From Halocafeteria seosinensis (lineage: Eukaryota): 32,690 nt of DNA. The position numbers were made by a program, and so were the translations under genes. The stretch covers positions 1 through 32,690 of the forward strand of contig LVLI01000238.1 of the NCBI GenBank assembly GCA_001687465.1, in the 5' to 3' direction. The notes under the pieces were generated by a model, which had not been told where the DNA came from, searched no databases, and saw only the letters and a program-made list of their open reading frames with translations. Positions 1 through 12,600 of the stretch are shown here, piece by piece. The stretch's first letter is position 1, and each line of letters begins with the position of its first letter.

Positions 1-2
1 CG

Positions 3-221
3 GCGGTATTGGAATACTTGGCTGCTGAGATTCTCGAGCTCGCTGGAAACGCTGCTCGTGACAACAAGAAGACTCGTATCATCCCTCGACACATCCAATT
101 GGCTGTCCGAAATGACGAAGAGTTGAACAAATTGTTGAGTGGGGTAACAATTGCCAGTGGTGGTGTTCTTCCGAACATCCACGCTGTGTTGCTCCCCAAG
201 AAGAAACAAGGCAAGAAGTAA
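3..221 (+). CDS. H2A: Histone H2A, 5'-truncated by the window edge
   Basis: Translation [72 protein letters not shown] is the canonical H2A C-terminal half. There is no SQ(E/D) tail, so it is not H2A.X. Confidence 0.99.
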   Translation, partial: AVLEYLAAEILELAGNAARDNKKTRIIPRHIQLAVRNDEELNKLLSGVTIASGGVLPNIHAVLLPKKKQGKK

Positions 222-261
222 ACCCTCTTCCTGTGGCAACACTCTCATTTTTGGCTCACAA

Positions 262-288
262 CAAACGGTGTTTCTTAAACACCACCAC
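262..288 (+). promoter_or_regulatory. Histone mRNA 3' UTR stem-loop
   Basis: CAAAC-GGTGTTT-CTT-AAACACC-ACCAC, with the stem starting 45 nt after the H2A stop. The GG..CC stem base and A/C-rich flanks match the layout of the replication-dependent histone stem-loop. Confidence 0.85.
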
Positions 289-804
289 AAATTTCTCTCT
301 TCTTAACTGCTGCAATGAGTCTTAAGTTAAGTCAGACTCTTAACTCATGTCTTGTGTAACAATTGACGGAAGGTTTTGAACGACACCCCCAGATTGAGCG
401 TAGTGATGCCAATCGATTGTAATGTGACATATTTTTTTTGGTGGTGCTATCATCCGACATTCCTCAATAACCTGGCCATTTTTAACATGCGAGGGATGTG
501 CTTGTAGCCATCCGTTACAGCACCACTGGTTGAGGTCCACAGTATGTCATGTTAGCTGCCAACGTTTTCAGTTCTTTCCGCCTAATACAATTATTGCTGT
601 GCAGCAAGCATGTGCCGTCAGGTTGTAGCTGTTATACCGTGGTACGGTACATTGTAAATAATGAGTACAATGGTACAGCCCATTCGCATACCACGCGTAA
701 CGTGTGTGTTGTGGCCGTACATCGTACATGTATCTCTGCACCCCATTCCAATTCCATGATACACGTCGTTCGCATTGCCATCATTTTTTTCCTTTATCTT
801 TCAT

Positions 805-826
805 TGTGTATGTGTGTGTATGTGTG
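805..826. repeat. Imperfect (TG)n microsatellite
   Basis: tgtgtatgtgtgtgtatgtgtg. Confidence 0.6.
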
Positions 827-1159
827 GTGGTCGTAGCGCGTGCCGCTTGGGGAGGTCCGGGAAACACGGTTTTCTAAGGTTCGTGGTCGCACTGCACGCT
901 GACTCGCAAGTTACCAGCAGAAGATGAATGCGAACCCTCGGCTTAGTTACCACCGGTCGTACCCTTATGTATGTAGTTTTAGAACTGGTGCATAAACTGT
1001 TTGTTTTGTATTTGCGTCCGAATATACTGTAGTTTTCGACGAAGCCTGGAGGGTGTCCGGTACCAACACCATACCTAACCGGCCATCGACGGAAGGGAAA
1101 AGTGCCCTTCAAGGGTTTATTTTGCGCAATTTTTGGTATTTCCGAAGCTTAGACACACA

Positions 1160-4100
1160 ATGGCGGATGAATTGCACCACACGGGAAATATGGATGACTT
1201 GGTGGCTGGGCTGTATCAGAAAGATGAGGAGGAGGAAGGCCTTGAGTTCGAAAAACTACAAACACCTGATGCCGCCGGCAACGATTTTCGGTTCGATGTA
1301 GGAGGCACGGAGCATTATGACACGGAGAAAAAAGTGCGCGGTTCCCGATTAGAAAGTGAGCGTCGAGCCAAGGAGGCAGCGAAGCCCCAGGAGCCAGAGA
1401 GACGGGAAACTTCAACGGCAAACACGTCAACTTCTAGAGATGGAGCTACTGGTACAGGGAAAACCAGTACTTCTGAGAATCAGGCCGCAACTTTATCTGC
1501 TGCGGCAACTGGTTGGACGACCACGAGGAGTAGCAACTCAATTTCCAGTACAGCCACGACGAATGTCGTGAGTACCGGCAAACAGTCTACTTCTACTTCG
1601 GTCGCAAGTTCGTCTACCGCGACGTCAAGAGTGACTCCCACAAGTACTACTGCGAGTACAAACAAGAGACAGGATGGTGCCGAGAGCTCGTTACGAGATT
1701 CAAATAAGGGCTCAAATAGAACCGCAAGAGGTGCCACCACCTCGCTCGCTACCTCGAACCAGTCGACAACCAAAACCGATAGCTCCAGCAAAGTTTCAGT
1801 TGCTTCCAACGGGACAAAACTAAGTTCCAGGTTATCCACGCAGACGAAAGGCGTTAGCATCGACGTTGCAGCGATGACTACTACTACAAGTATAACGGCT
1901 GTGGCGACCGAGAAAGGGCAAGTCAATAAGGGGCACGGAAGTGACGTGAGTTCGGCAAAGACAAGTCAATCTACGACAGTAACCGAGGGAGGAGATTCAG
2001 ACACTCATGGAAATTCGGCTACCCTCAGTCAACATGAACAGTACACTGGTGCTAACAAAGGTGGGCGGAGCGCCGACGAGAATACTGAACGCTCCATATC
2101 CGGCAGCAGTGTGAGTGGAGGTCATTCGGCGACCCAATCGACAGCGTCTGCACCGTCCACTGCAGTCTTACCGGAAAATACCCACTCAAATAGTGGTTCT
2201 TCTAAAACCGCAGATCAAACGCAAACCTCCGAATACAAGACTCCAACTACTACCAGTGAGGTCCAAGACACCCTACCGGAGGAAGGAGGTGGTGCCCAAA
2301 ATAGCACCAGTTTTGAGGGAGCGCCGCAAGCAGAAAGCCGGGATGGCAATTCTACTACATGTGCTTCTAAAGGCATGTACTCTACAACTCCAGAAATAAC
2401 GCACGTGGGCGTCACTAATGATCGCGGAAACACAGGAGATCCCGCGGTACAGTATGTTCGCAATTTCGTTGTAGATGCTGGAAGTGCGAAGGAGGGAAAC
2501 GACGAACTCGTGACGGATGACGCTTTGGCTGAAAACACTGGCATTGCGCCCATCGGATGGGAGGATACAAAGGAAGGAGGGAATGACGAGGATAACCAAG
2601 GTGACATTGAAAACCCGAGAGAAGAATATTTCCTGGGTACCGCCGAAGCCCCAAGAGATCAGGGTCGTCGGCGTTCTTCCATTGTCGACGATGAAAACGT
2701 GGCGCAAGTTTGGCGGGAGTTACAATACAAGCATTACAAAGACTGGTTTGAAGAGTTTGCTTCATCTGAAGATGAAGATGATGATTCTCTAGAGATGAAT
2801 AATTTCGTCCGGAAGGAACTCCCTGTAACTGATTTCGAATATCAGCTCTATGACCCCTCTCACTATTATTTAGACTACACCCCTCTAATTACACTCCAAC
2901 CCAGAAACATTGATACTGCTCTGAGAGTGAAACGTGACGCGCGCGACATTTCACTGATGATATTAGGTAAGTTGACAATCAGTCGGTATGTGGGGCTGTT
3001 GAGTATGGTAGTTGCGTTTTCACCTCTGTGCTTATGCAGTGACTGTAAGCCATGAGGATGGTGATCTCCTCCAGAAGACGTTGACTGGCATTGCCAACAA
3101 CTTGGCGTCGCTTCAAAAGAAAGTGGATATTCTCTGGGACGAAGTTGCTGTTTGCATAATGGTAGACGGGAGGCAGATGATGAATGAATCTTTGAGGCAT
3201 TATGCGGAAACACAACTAAAAGTGTTTGATTCTTCCATGATTGAACTTTACTCGAATGATCAGCCTACCCAAGTGCACATCTTTGAAAGAAGTGTCGAGA
3301 TTCCACGATATTTGCAGCAAGGCGATTATTTTGAGCCCCTGCAAGTTATGTTCGCCGTAAAGGAATACAACGGTGGCAGGCTTAACAGTCATCTATGGTT
3401 CTTCTCCGGGTTTTGCCAACAATTGCGACCGCAGTATACATTGTTGATGGATTGTGGGGTAGAACCTTTGCACTGTAGTATCGCATATCTCATGGAGCGT
3501 TTGGAAGAAGAGCTGACAGTCGGATCTGTCAGTGGCGAAATATCCACTAGAGACCTGTCCTTGTGGAATCCCGTTCATGCGGCCCAGCATTTCGAGCAGA
3601 AGTTGCACTCCGTTCTTACTTTCACCTCGGATTCGATCACCAACTACATGGTAAGCCCGACATCAGGATTCGTTGCCTACAAATATAAAGCAATTGAGGG
3701 TACAGTATTAGGGAAGTATCTCGTGGCTGAAGAGCGGACGCCTTCGGAACTGGGGCCTCAGAAGTCTAACATGTTCATGGCGGACCAACGCGTGCTTGCC
3801 CACGAATTAGCATTGCACCCTACACAACGATACAAAATAGTCTTCGAGTCCCGAGCGCGGGCATTGCAAACTATGCCCTCCAGTTTATTAGGTCTACTGC
3901 ATTTTCGGCGTCCGCATTATAACGGTGCGACGATGATCAACTGGGAATTTGTGCAACACTTTGCAAGTGCGACGTTCGGGAAGCGGGACACGGTAAATCC
4001 CTTCCTCCTCATACTAAGCGTTATTCAGTACGTCCACAAGACTATATCGTTTCTTTTGGAATGGTTCGCGATCGGCATAATGTTCCTAATCGCATTCATC

Positions 4101-6122
4101 GTTGCTTCTGTTAGTTTGGAAGAAACAAATGGGGGGAGTGCAAATTCGGCATTTGCCTTAACTGTCGGTTATACATTTCTAACCGTAGTACAAGTCATGA
4201 TCGGGCTAGGAGGCAATCCTGAAGACTTTCGAGTGGTCTACTGGCTAATATCCTTTGCCTTTGGCTTTATCATGCTGTTTCTTGCTGCCCTCGCTGCGTT
4301 CTTAGCTGCGATGCAAGACTTCAATTTTGTAGTGTTCATTATTGGTATAGGAAGTATCGGTCTTGTTCTACTGGCAACGTTTTTCCAGGGGAAGCTTTTG
4401 AATTTGCTTAAGGCGACGTGGCAATTTGTGTTCATGGTTCCGTTCTTTGTTAACATGGTTCCTATTTTCTCATTTTGCAACCTTCATGATACTTCGGACT
4501 CTCAGTCCATTGTACATCGAGCTCGGCGAGCAGCACGGTTGCAAAGAGGATCAATTTTCGGCCAGCCGGAATCAAGTGCTAACAAGCACGGTTCGAATAG
4601 TGGGTCGAAGAAGAACACAAATAACCGCAAGAATAGCGTGAAGGTAGCACCGGAGGGTAACGAAAATGCTGAAAAGACGTCCAATGGCTCTCACCAAAAT
4701 ATAACTGTTGCTCACCAGGAGCCAGAGCATACGGAGGGTGTGCACTATGACACGAATGGGAATGCAGTAACCGGAAACAATCCACTAGACTCAGAAGAAA
4801 ACGAACATGCGGATGCGTCCATCATGTCACTACGTCACTATCGACGAAGGCGATCCTCAGTTTTAGGCGAATCTCCCGAAGATGTAAGGGCACCACCGCC
4901 AGAGAAGTACGCCACCAGCGTAGGTAAAATCCTCAAGGCATGTAGAGAAGATGATAACTGGAGAGCTCAAAGCGTCATCGTCGAGGCGTTGAGCAATGAA
5001 GCAACAAGGGTGCGTTCACTAGAGCTGCAGACCCAAGAGGAGCACCAGAAAGTTAAGAATTTCTTTAGCGCATTTCGGACGAAAGCACTGTCATGGTGGC
5101 TTCTTACAAACTGGTTTCTCATCACTGGTATTCTCTGGTCCGGAGCCACTGCTGGATTCGCAATGGGGATTGCCATATTGCTGGGGTCAACTATAGTTGG
5201 GAGGGTCCTCGGTTCGTTCATGTATTCGATAGGTCAGGCATGGCGACACTCATTCAAAGGCATTCGGCGCCATTGCGGTCGTTGTTGCGTTGGATGTTGC
5301 CTGAAGTGCTGCCTCTGCTGTTCCTGCTGGAAGAAATGCTGTGTAGCATCATGTCGAAATTGCTACACCAAAGCGAAGTTAGTACATAACGCGAGGGAAG
5401 CAAACAAATTGCATGATGTCTCAGCAGCGCAATGTCTCAAAGATCTAGAGAACAGCACACTGGCTCCTAATCGACTTCGCAGGATCCAACGAAGGCACGA
5501 GCGTCAGCGGCAAGCTAAAAAACCAGCGACGCTAACGAATCATCAAACGCTGGGAACAGGATCGCCGGGACAAGGGCATTTCCCTTTCTCCCAGAATTAT
5601 GAAAGCAAGGAGGGACCAGCTTCGGAAAACCGGTCACAATCGCCTCAAGGAAGTGAAGTGTCCACCCGAGTTGAGAATGGGGGCGAAAGCGAAACAGGGT
5701 CTGTTTCCTCCCGGCGAGAGAAAAAGAAGAAAAAGCGTCGAAAGCATCGTCACAAAAGAAGCTCCACAACTGGTATTCCAACGAATAAGCGAGGGTCCAT
5801 AACAGGTCAAGGCGGGGGGGAGAAGCCCCCTCCAACTCCGTATGTGGGGCATTCGCCTAGCTCTACGCAGACCGGAGGAATCGCAACTGGCCGCAGCCGA
5901 GAAGGACCGCGTCGGCCCTCGTACTTGCTTCAAGGAGATCCAGTGAGCGGAATGTTTGGGTCTCCTCATTCTCTTGATTCTCCTGAAATGTCGAACACTG
6001 GACATTTCTCTTCGCCATTGCAAGGTCACCATCGTAGCCCACGAGATGGAAACAGCCGAAGGCGAGCTAGGGGAAGCTCAGCTACTCCTCACCCTTCTCA
6101 TGCCAGACGCGGCAGTGTATAG
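1160..6122 (+). CDS. CHS: Chitin synthase-like GT2 protein 1, probably catalytically inactive; exons 1160-2966 and 3040-6122; 1629 aa
   Basis: Removing intron 2967-3039 (GTAAGT...TGCAG, 73 nt, phase 1) joins ISLMIL-V-TVSHEDGDLLQKTL, which aligns with IIIAICITIYNEDADELRMTL of gene 2. Chitin synthase motifs present: VDGR, KEYNGGRLNSHLWFF, AAQHFE, FCNLHD, FRTKALSWW, plus several TM segments. EDR is replaced by DQR and QRRRW by FRRPH. Confidence 0.9.
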
Positions 6123-7787
6123 AAAAATTGAAAAGTGGTTCATGTTTTAGCACAGTGTTGCGTATGGCAATTCGATTGTGGGGAATCCTTCAATAAATGC
6201 AAACTCCATGGCGTCTTTAGCAGCGATCTAACCTACTCAACTTATACAATCGGGATACATCTTCGTTTACGTTGCTCACTGTACTACTGTAGTCTGTACT
6301 TGTCTTGTCAAAACCCTAGCAGTTCAGCCACGGACCGCCAGCCGACCAATTACAGCTGCAAGCAAGGTGGCCACAGTGGCGACTGCGCTACGCAGCACAA
6401 CAGGACTAGACGGTGCTCCGAAGATCTTGATTGAATTTTGCAACTAAGCAGCGACCAACACCAGTAACAGTGTGGGGCAGAGTGAAGTAACACAGCGAGG
6501 TCACGTGCTCCTTTCCGACAAAAACAGTACGTGCTACGCTATGGAAGCTGGGAAGCACACTATCTCAAGTTAGCGGACAGCTTAAACAGTCTTTCCTCAC
6601 TACAACCAAAACCTTCAGCCACAGACGCAATGAACGATGGATGTGGGTTCCATACCACTCGCACTCAACCAGAGCCATGAAGGAAAGGAGCGTACAAGGA
6701 AAGTTGAAGCTCCAAAATGATTTTATTTAGGAATTTTGGCGTATATGTACACCGAAATTCAGACCAAATTTCGTTTTGGGGGCAAATTCGTTGATTGGAA
6801 ATTGCGGGAACAGAAAATATTTAACCCACCGACCCTACATTTTGGTATATATGAACAAAAGGACACGACACTGCAAAGTATTCTTGCGAGAGGAACACAC
6901 ACGAGGAAAACTACAGTATGACCATTTTTTGGGGGAAAATGCCAACTACTACATGTATGGTGACAGAACGTTGTACGGTATGCTTGCTACAAGAACAGCG
7001 CGATGCAAGAAAGATACTACCCAGATACAGGTACAATGTATTATGCCGTTTCGCACTATTGAACTCATTTCGTTTCACTGTAATCAATGGCGAACATACA
7101 CGTGAATACTGTATACAGTGTACAAAATACCATGTACACAGTACAGGTCATTGGTGGGTGATGGCATCGACAGTACAGTACTATTGGGACTACCTTGCAA
7201 TGCATGACGTAGTACGCCCTGTGCACTGGTACGCAGCAATGATAAATCTCTGGAAGTCTTATAGGTGTTTGATGCATTTCGACAGTTTCTTCTCCAGCAT
7301 GTCAACGGTACGTGTACAGTGTAGTGGTGGTCAAATGGACACAATGGTTGGGGAGGAGTACCTAAAGTTTGCATTTCCCCGCTAAACGACGGCGATACGC
7401 TGTATAATTTGGAAGTGATGGTAAGCTATGTGTACCTGTGTTCCCGATTCGTTGTTGTCAGTAGGCGTGTTTCGGTATCCTTGACCTCGTTCGGTCACCG
7501 GGTCAACGACACACACTCTGGTCTGGCTGCATATGTACAGTATGTGTGCTAACCAGCCCGGTGTCTGTCAGAGGTTTTGGTTTATTGCAGACGACAAAGC
7601 AAAAAAATGCCTTTTGTCGCGGCTATGAGCTAGTTGGCTTTCTTTAATATTGTTGCCTTGGACACTGTACAGTGTACGTCGTACGCAGAGCCCATCAAGT
7701 TCTGCGCGTATTCCACGAGGAGTGGGAACAGCCACGTACCTCTAGCCTTTACCCCTATGACCTCAAAAAGGGAAGCAAACACATACA

Positions 7788-8900
7788 ATGGCGGATGACG
7801 GATATATGACTCCAGAGGACACGCAGACTGAGCCTACGACGGCGGCGCTTGGGTTCTTCATAGGGTTTGCTGCATGTTGGAGCATGGTCCTCTACAGTAT
7901 CGTCTTTATGATATCGTTGCAAGTGCGAAAGGGTATACCCAGTCGCTATATAGGTACATTTGTTATACAGTGCATCTTTTGGGCCGTCTTTGGAGGAGCA
8001 TTGTTTCCAGCATGTGCACCTGGCAGACCATTCCAAGAGCCGGAACAGCACTGGAGGCTCTCAGGCTGCTTGGCATCTCCCGCAAAGTATATTGGGTTAG
8101 GGGTTGTGTCAGGCGTAGTATACCTACTCATGCAACTCGTCAACTACAAAAATTTCAAGTCTCTGGAGAAGGCACAGACAGTGGACGATTTGGAGCGAAC
8201 GATCCGGAGTTATCAACGGTGTAACCCGGAAATTAGTTACAGCTATCATTCGTACCATACGACCACGACCACAGACAAGGATGGTAATACCCACACTGTC
8301 ACGCATACGACGTATCGGGGGTCGGTGCCGTTTGTGTTCGGTCAATGCGAGGATGAGACAGTAGATCCTACGGATGAATTGGATTCGCTTGGATTTGCAA
8401 CCGTCCGAATCACGCACCATATCGAGTATGGTGACAGTGAAACACTAAAGAAGGCTGATCAGTTAATGTTTCAAACTGATGAAGAGTACAGGAATTGTGA
8501 TCGCAAGTATGATACGCACTGGAACTACGGTTTGAGTAATCTCCCGGTAGAGATGAACGTGTTTAACGACCGCTCGTCTCTGAACAGAACGAATTGTATC
8601 ATTGCGTCGTTATGCGGGTTTGGGTGGTATTTTTTTGCTTCTTTGGGTCTTAATTTGAGCTACAAGAATTTTGTCATCGAGAAAGCAGTATATTCGGGCA
8701 GTGGAAGTGCAATCCAAAGCGTCCAGCCTGAGTCCTCTGCTCCTGTTGGGCCCGCAAACAGCATTTTCAGTTTTGCTCAATCATCAATGAATAATAAAGG
8801 TGGAATGAACAATTTGGGTGTTTCAAATCAAGCTCAAGTGATGACTCGTCGTGGTGACCAGGGAAGCATTGAGATGACTAACCCAATTCGCGAGATCTAG
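7788..8900 (+). CDS. TMEM151-like membrane protein, 370 aa, single exon
   Basis: About three N-terminal hydrophobic helices, then PEISYSYHSYHTTTTTDKDGNTHTVTHTTYRGSVPFVFGQCEDET, recalling the TMEM151 pattern P.I.....YH...V.TH....F.....D, and a further hydrophobic segment (IIASLCGFGWYFF). Family assigned by recognition, not by search. Confidence 0.65.
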   Translation: MADDGYMTPEDTQTEPTTAALGFFIGFAACWSMVLYSIVFMISLQVRKGIPSRYIGTFVIQCIFWAVFGGALFPACAPGRPFQEPEQHWRLSGCLASPAKYIGLGVVSGVVYLLMQLVNYKNFKSLEKAQTVDDLERTIRSYQRCNPEISYSYHSYHTTTTTDKDGNTHTVTHTTYRGSVPFVFGQCEDETVDPTDELDSLGFATVRITHHIEYGDSETLKKADQLMFQTDEEYRNCDRKYDTHWNYGLSNLPVEMNVFNDRSSLNRTNCIIASLCGFGWYFFASLGLNLSYKNFVIEKAVYSGSGSAIQSVQPESSAPVGPANSIFSFAQSSMNNKGGMNNLGVSNQAQVMTRRGDQGSIEMTNPIREI

Positions 8901-9696
8901 TCGAGTCAGTGCACTACACGTACGTTCTCTCGCTTTGAACTTGATTGTTGCATTCTTTGGTATTAAGAGTTGCTCTGCTCTCTCCAAAATATCGATTTAA
9001 ATAATAGCATCGATGGATACATATCATTGAACGCAAAATGTCCATCCATCCTTACGAGAGTCCCCGTATTCAGACGGGTGTTGTTGCTTTTCCTGCGCAC
9101 TCGTCTGAACAAGATTGCTCTCGAGAGGTACATCAGACGAACAGATAACACACTTCTATCAGCCTCTTCCAGTTATCTAGCTGGTTATCTCCAAGTTTTA
9201 GCGTAATCTGGTTCTCATTCTGCTGATTCTGGCCACTTATGTTTACCTGTTTGTAACGCAGAGTTGAAGAGCAACCACGACTTACAAGTCAAAGTGTAAT
9301 TCATAAGACTTTGATACGCTGCAGAATGAATTTACAGACAACTAAGGTTCCAAAAGGTCTCTCAGTGCTCTTCCGGGATCTTCTTCGGCCTAAACGTTTG
9401 GAGCAGAGTCTCCAGCGCCAGTCTCAGGCGAGGCAACAACTAAGTGAATGAAAAGATTGTCTTCGTTCGTCCATGGATGCTGAGTCCCCTAGAGATGCTG
9501 TTGCATACAATAGATACACGGGCGCCAACAAAATAGTTAGTTGTAGTGGAAGTACGTACGGTAGTGTATGAGGGCGCGAAGGATTACAAGCATTTGTACC
9601 ACCCAACAGCCTCAGAGCCATTCTGCTTTCCCAGAAGGCTGGAATTGTGACGGTAAACAAGCCAAAGTACAAAATACAATTGTAGAGTAGAGCAAG

Positions 9697-12600
9697 ATGG
9701 AGGCATTGGAGGAGCTGGCCAATGCCAGCTCTCCGTATTCGCGCGCCGTGGCAGCGCATCAATTACGGTATCGTGTGACTACCTTATCCAAAGAGATGCC
9801 GGCGGATTCCTTCCTGAAATTCATCAATTATCTGATCAAGCGCATTTCCGAGTTGCTGAATGCCCCCCAGGACACGTCCAAGATGGCAGGCGTTTATGCT
9901 ATTTATGAGCTCATTAGTGCACAGACCAAAGAAGTGGACGTCAAATCGCAGGTCGTGAGATTCGCGAATTACTTGCGCACCATCATTGGCTTGTCCACCG
10001 CGGATCCAGCCGTCCTCAAGATGGCCGCCAAAGCCATAGGACGTCTGGCAGCGGTCGGTTCTACAGTGGCGCCTTCATTTTTGGGATTCGAAATCAATCG
10101 AGCGTTGGAGCGACTCGAGTATCAGGAATCTTCCGAGGGGCAATTGTTCTCATCGGTGTCCATTTTGCGAGAAGCAGCGGAGAACGCACCGACATTGTTT
10201 TATAAGTCGATCGAAAGGTTTTTCAAGAATGTATGGACGGCATTATCACACAGTAAACCGTTAGTGAGGGAATCGGCGGCAAAGACTCTAGGCTCGTGTT
10301 TGAAACTGACGAAGCGTAGGAAATCACAGCGACACGACGAATATTGTGAGGATATCTACAGCAACGCTTTGACTGCATTCAACAACAGCGGTGCGACATG
10401 GGAAGCTATTCATGGTGCGCTTTTGGCTCTAAGAGAGCTGATAATGCATGCAGACGAATTTTGCTCACCAAAGTTTACGGAGATATGCTCATGCGCATTA
10501 AAGTATCGGGATGTCCGCGACCGTTTGATACGAGGCACTATAATTGACATTCTACCAAGGCTTGCTGCGTTTGACCCGAACGGGTTCGTACATGGATATG
10601 TCGATCTTACACTTGAATATTTGTTGGGAACGCTTCGAGATCTACAAGAACGAGGTCCAGCGTTTGTGGCAGTTGGCAGTGTTGCTTTGGCGGTTAAAGA
10701 TTATTATCCCCTGTCGTCGCTGAGACCGCAGTTGGACAAAATCGTCTCTCTCATAAAGGAAGCACTGACCCCTAAAAGAAACCGGCCTTTCTGTACCGAC
10801 GCCCTAAAGTGCGTAGCTATGCTGTCTGACGCTGTAGGTCCCTCACTGATTACCTATATGCACGACTTGCTGGAACCAATGTTTGCTGCGGGACTCACTC
10901 CGGAGCTGACTCATGCATTGAAACAGTTAGTTAGTAACATTCCACCATTGTTGGAGTTGATACAAGAGCGGCTGCTGCATGAAGTGTCGTTTATTTTATC
11001 GGGGAAGCCATTTCCTCCCCCAGGTCAGGAGTTTGCATCGTTTCTCCCCTCAAACGCCCCTGCAGCTGTTTCAGCGGCGTCCAAGGCAGCAACTGCACAC
11101 AGGTTTCGTTCGAGGAGTCACAGTCAGAGTGCCCAAAAGGAAGGGGTAGATAGCTCAACAGACCATAGTGGTTCAGTGGATGGGTCAAGTTCTGGAGGAA
11201 ACAAGATAGGGCGCTTAATGGGGGAATCTGTCGGTTCGATGTCTGCTGCAGCCGCCGCGGTAGCTGCGGCAACAAATAGGGATACCATGGACATGGGCCT
11301 AGAATATCGGGGCGCTCAAGTGAACTCGGCGATGATCAAAAGTCAGCAGGCGTTTATGGGCACTGGCCCGGACAGTCGGGAAATTCGCTCAGAGAAATCT
11401 AATATTGCTTGGACTCGTTCTATGTTGGCCGGTACCGCCACCGGTGGCGGTGGCGCAGCCATTACCAACGCCAAATTCTCAATGGCGTCTCCCGAGGCCG
11501 CTTCTCAATCTGGGGCTAGCGGGAGTAGCAGTCTGCTCTCAATGCAGTCAAAGAAGAGTTCCCAACCGTTACTCACGAGGGTACAGCGCATCTCACTAGC
11601 TTTGCGCACCCTGGCCACCTTCGATTTCCGTGGAATTTCTCTGCTTCCTTTTGTTCGCCACATCGTACTATTGTATGCTGATGATCCTGACCTGTCTATC
11701 CGTCGAGACGCTATAGTAACGACGTCAATGTTGTTAGTAAGTCCAAGTGGCTGTCGTCTCGATAAGGCCACGGTGACGTCGGAGAAACGGCGCTGGCAGC
11801 AGAAGGAATTCTGTAGTTCTGACGGTCAGCAGACTGGCTCCCAAACCAATGGCGCAACTGATCCCGGTGAAATTGATACGTCTGCCTCTCATCCCGCCGG
11901 CATCAGGAATCTGAACCGAAATCTACAATCTGTATTGTTTCCGGAGGCATGGTATCTCTTTCTTGATAGAGATCTCGAACCATATCGGGGAGAGAAGCTT
12001 CGCGGAGAGGTCGATGACTCTCTTAGATGGAATGTCAATGACACTAACAAAGCCGGAGAGAGAGCGGAGCATAAGCAGGAGGGTTCCATGTTTGTTGGGG
12101 GAGTCTTGCCGGTGGTCTTGATGGATGCCGGACCCACCTTAGAACTGGTTAACGAAATTTTGCAGCGCCTTATCATGGCGGCTGTGGGTGACCCACATCC
12201 CTATATCCGTATGCTAACTTTACAGTGCCTTGGTGCTGGCATGCGCGTTCTGTCCATAACTGGCAAAGACAACCCACAACTAATTAAGCCGGAGGGTCTG
12301 TACACACTGGGGACTAATTGGGCCATCGAATATCAACCGAAGCATCACGTTGTTTACCCCTTTGGGTCTTTGGAAGGGGGTTGGTTTGATGCCTTGCTAG
12401 CACAACCTGTGGCTTTACGAACACTTTGTTTTTCCCTGCATGATGAACACCATTCTGTTAGGGAGATGGCAGTATTCCTGCTTGGCAGATTGACCCACCG
12501 TAATCCCTCAGGTGTCATGCCGTCGCTTCGTCGGTTGTTGATGGAAATTTTGCAAGAGCTTGAGCTTGGAGCTCCAGCTCGCAATTCAAAACACAATGAC

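Noticed and set aside
824..953. Structured RNA upstream of chitin synthase-like gene 1
   Set aside because: Stems (GTGGTGGT/GTTACCAC, GGTTCGT/GCGAACC) are short and rely on G:U pairs in TG-rich sequence; not distinguishable from chance by eye.
6135..7385. Short ORFs in the intergenic region, or a transposon remnant
   Set aside because: Composition reflects GTAC-rich non-coding DNA; no transposase motifs, terminal repeats or target-site duplications seen.
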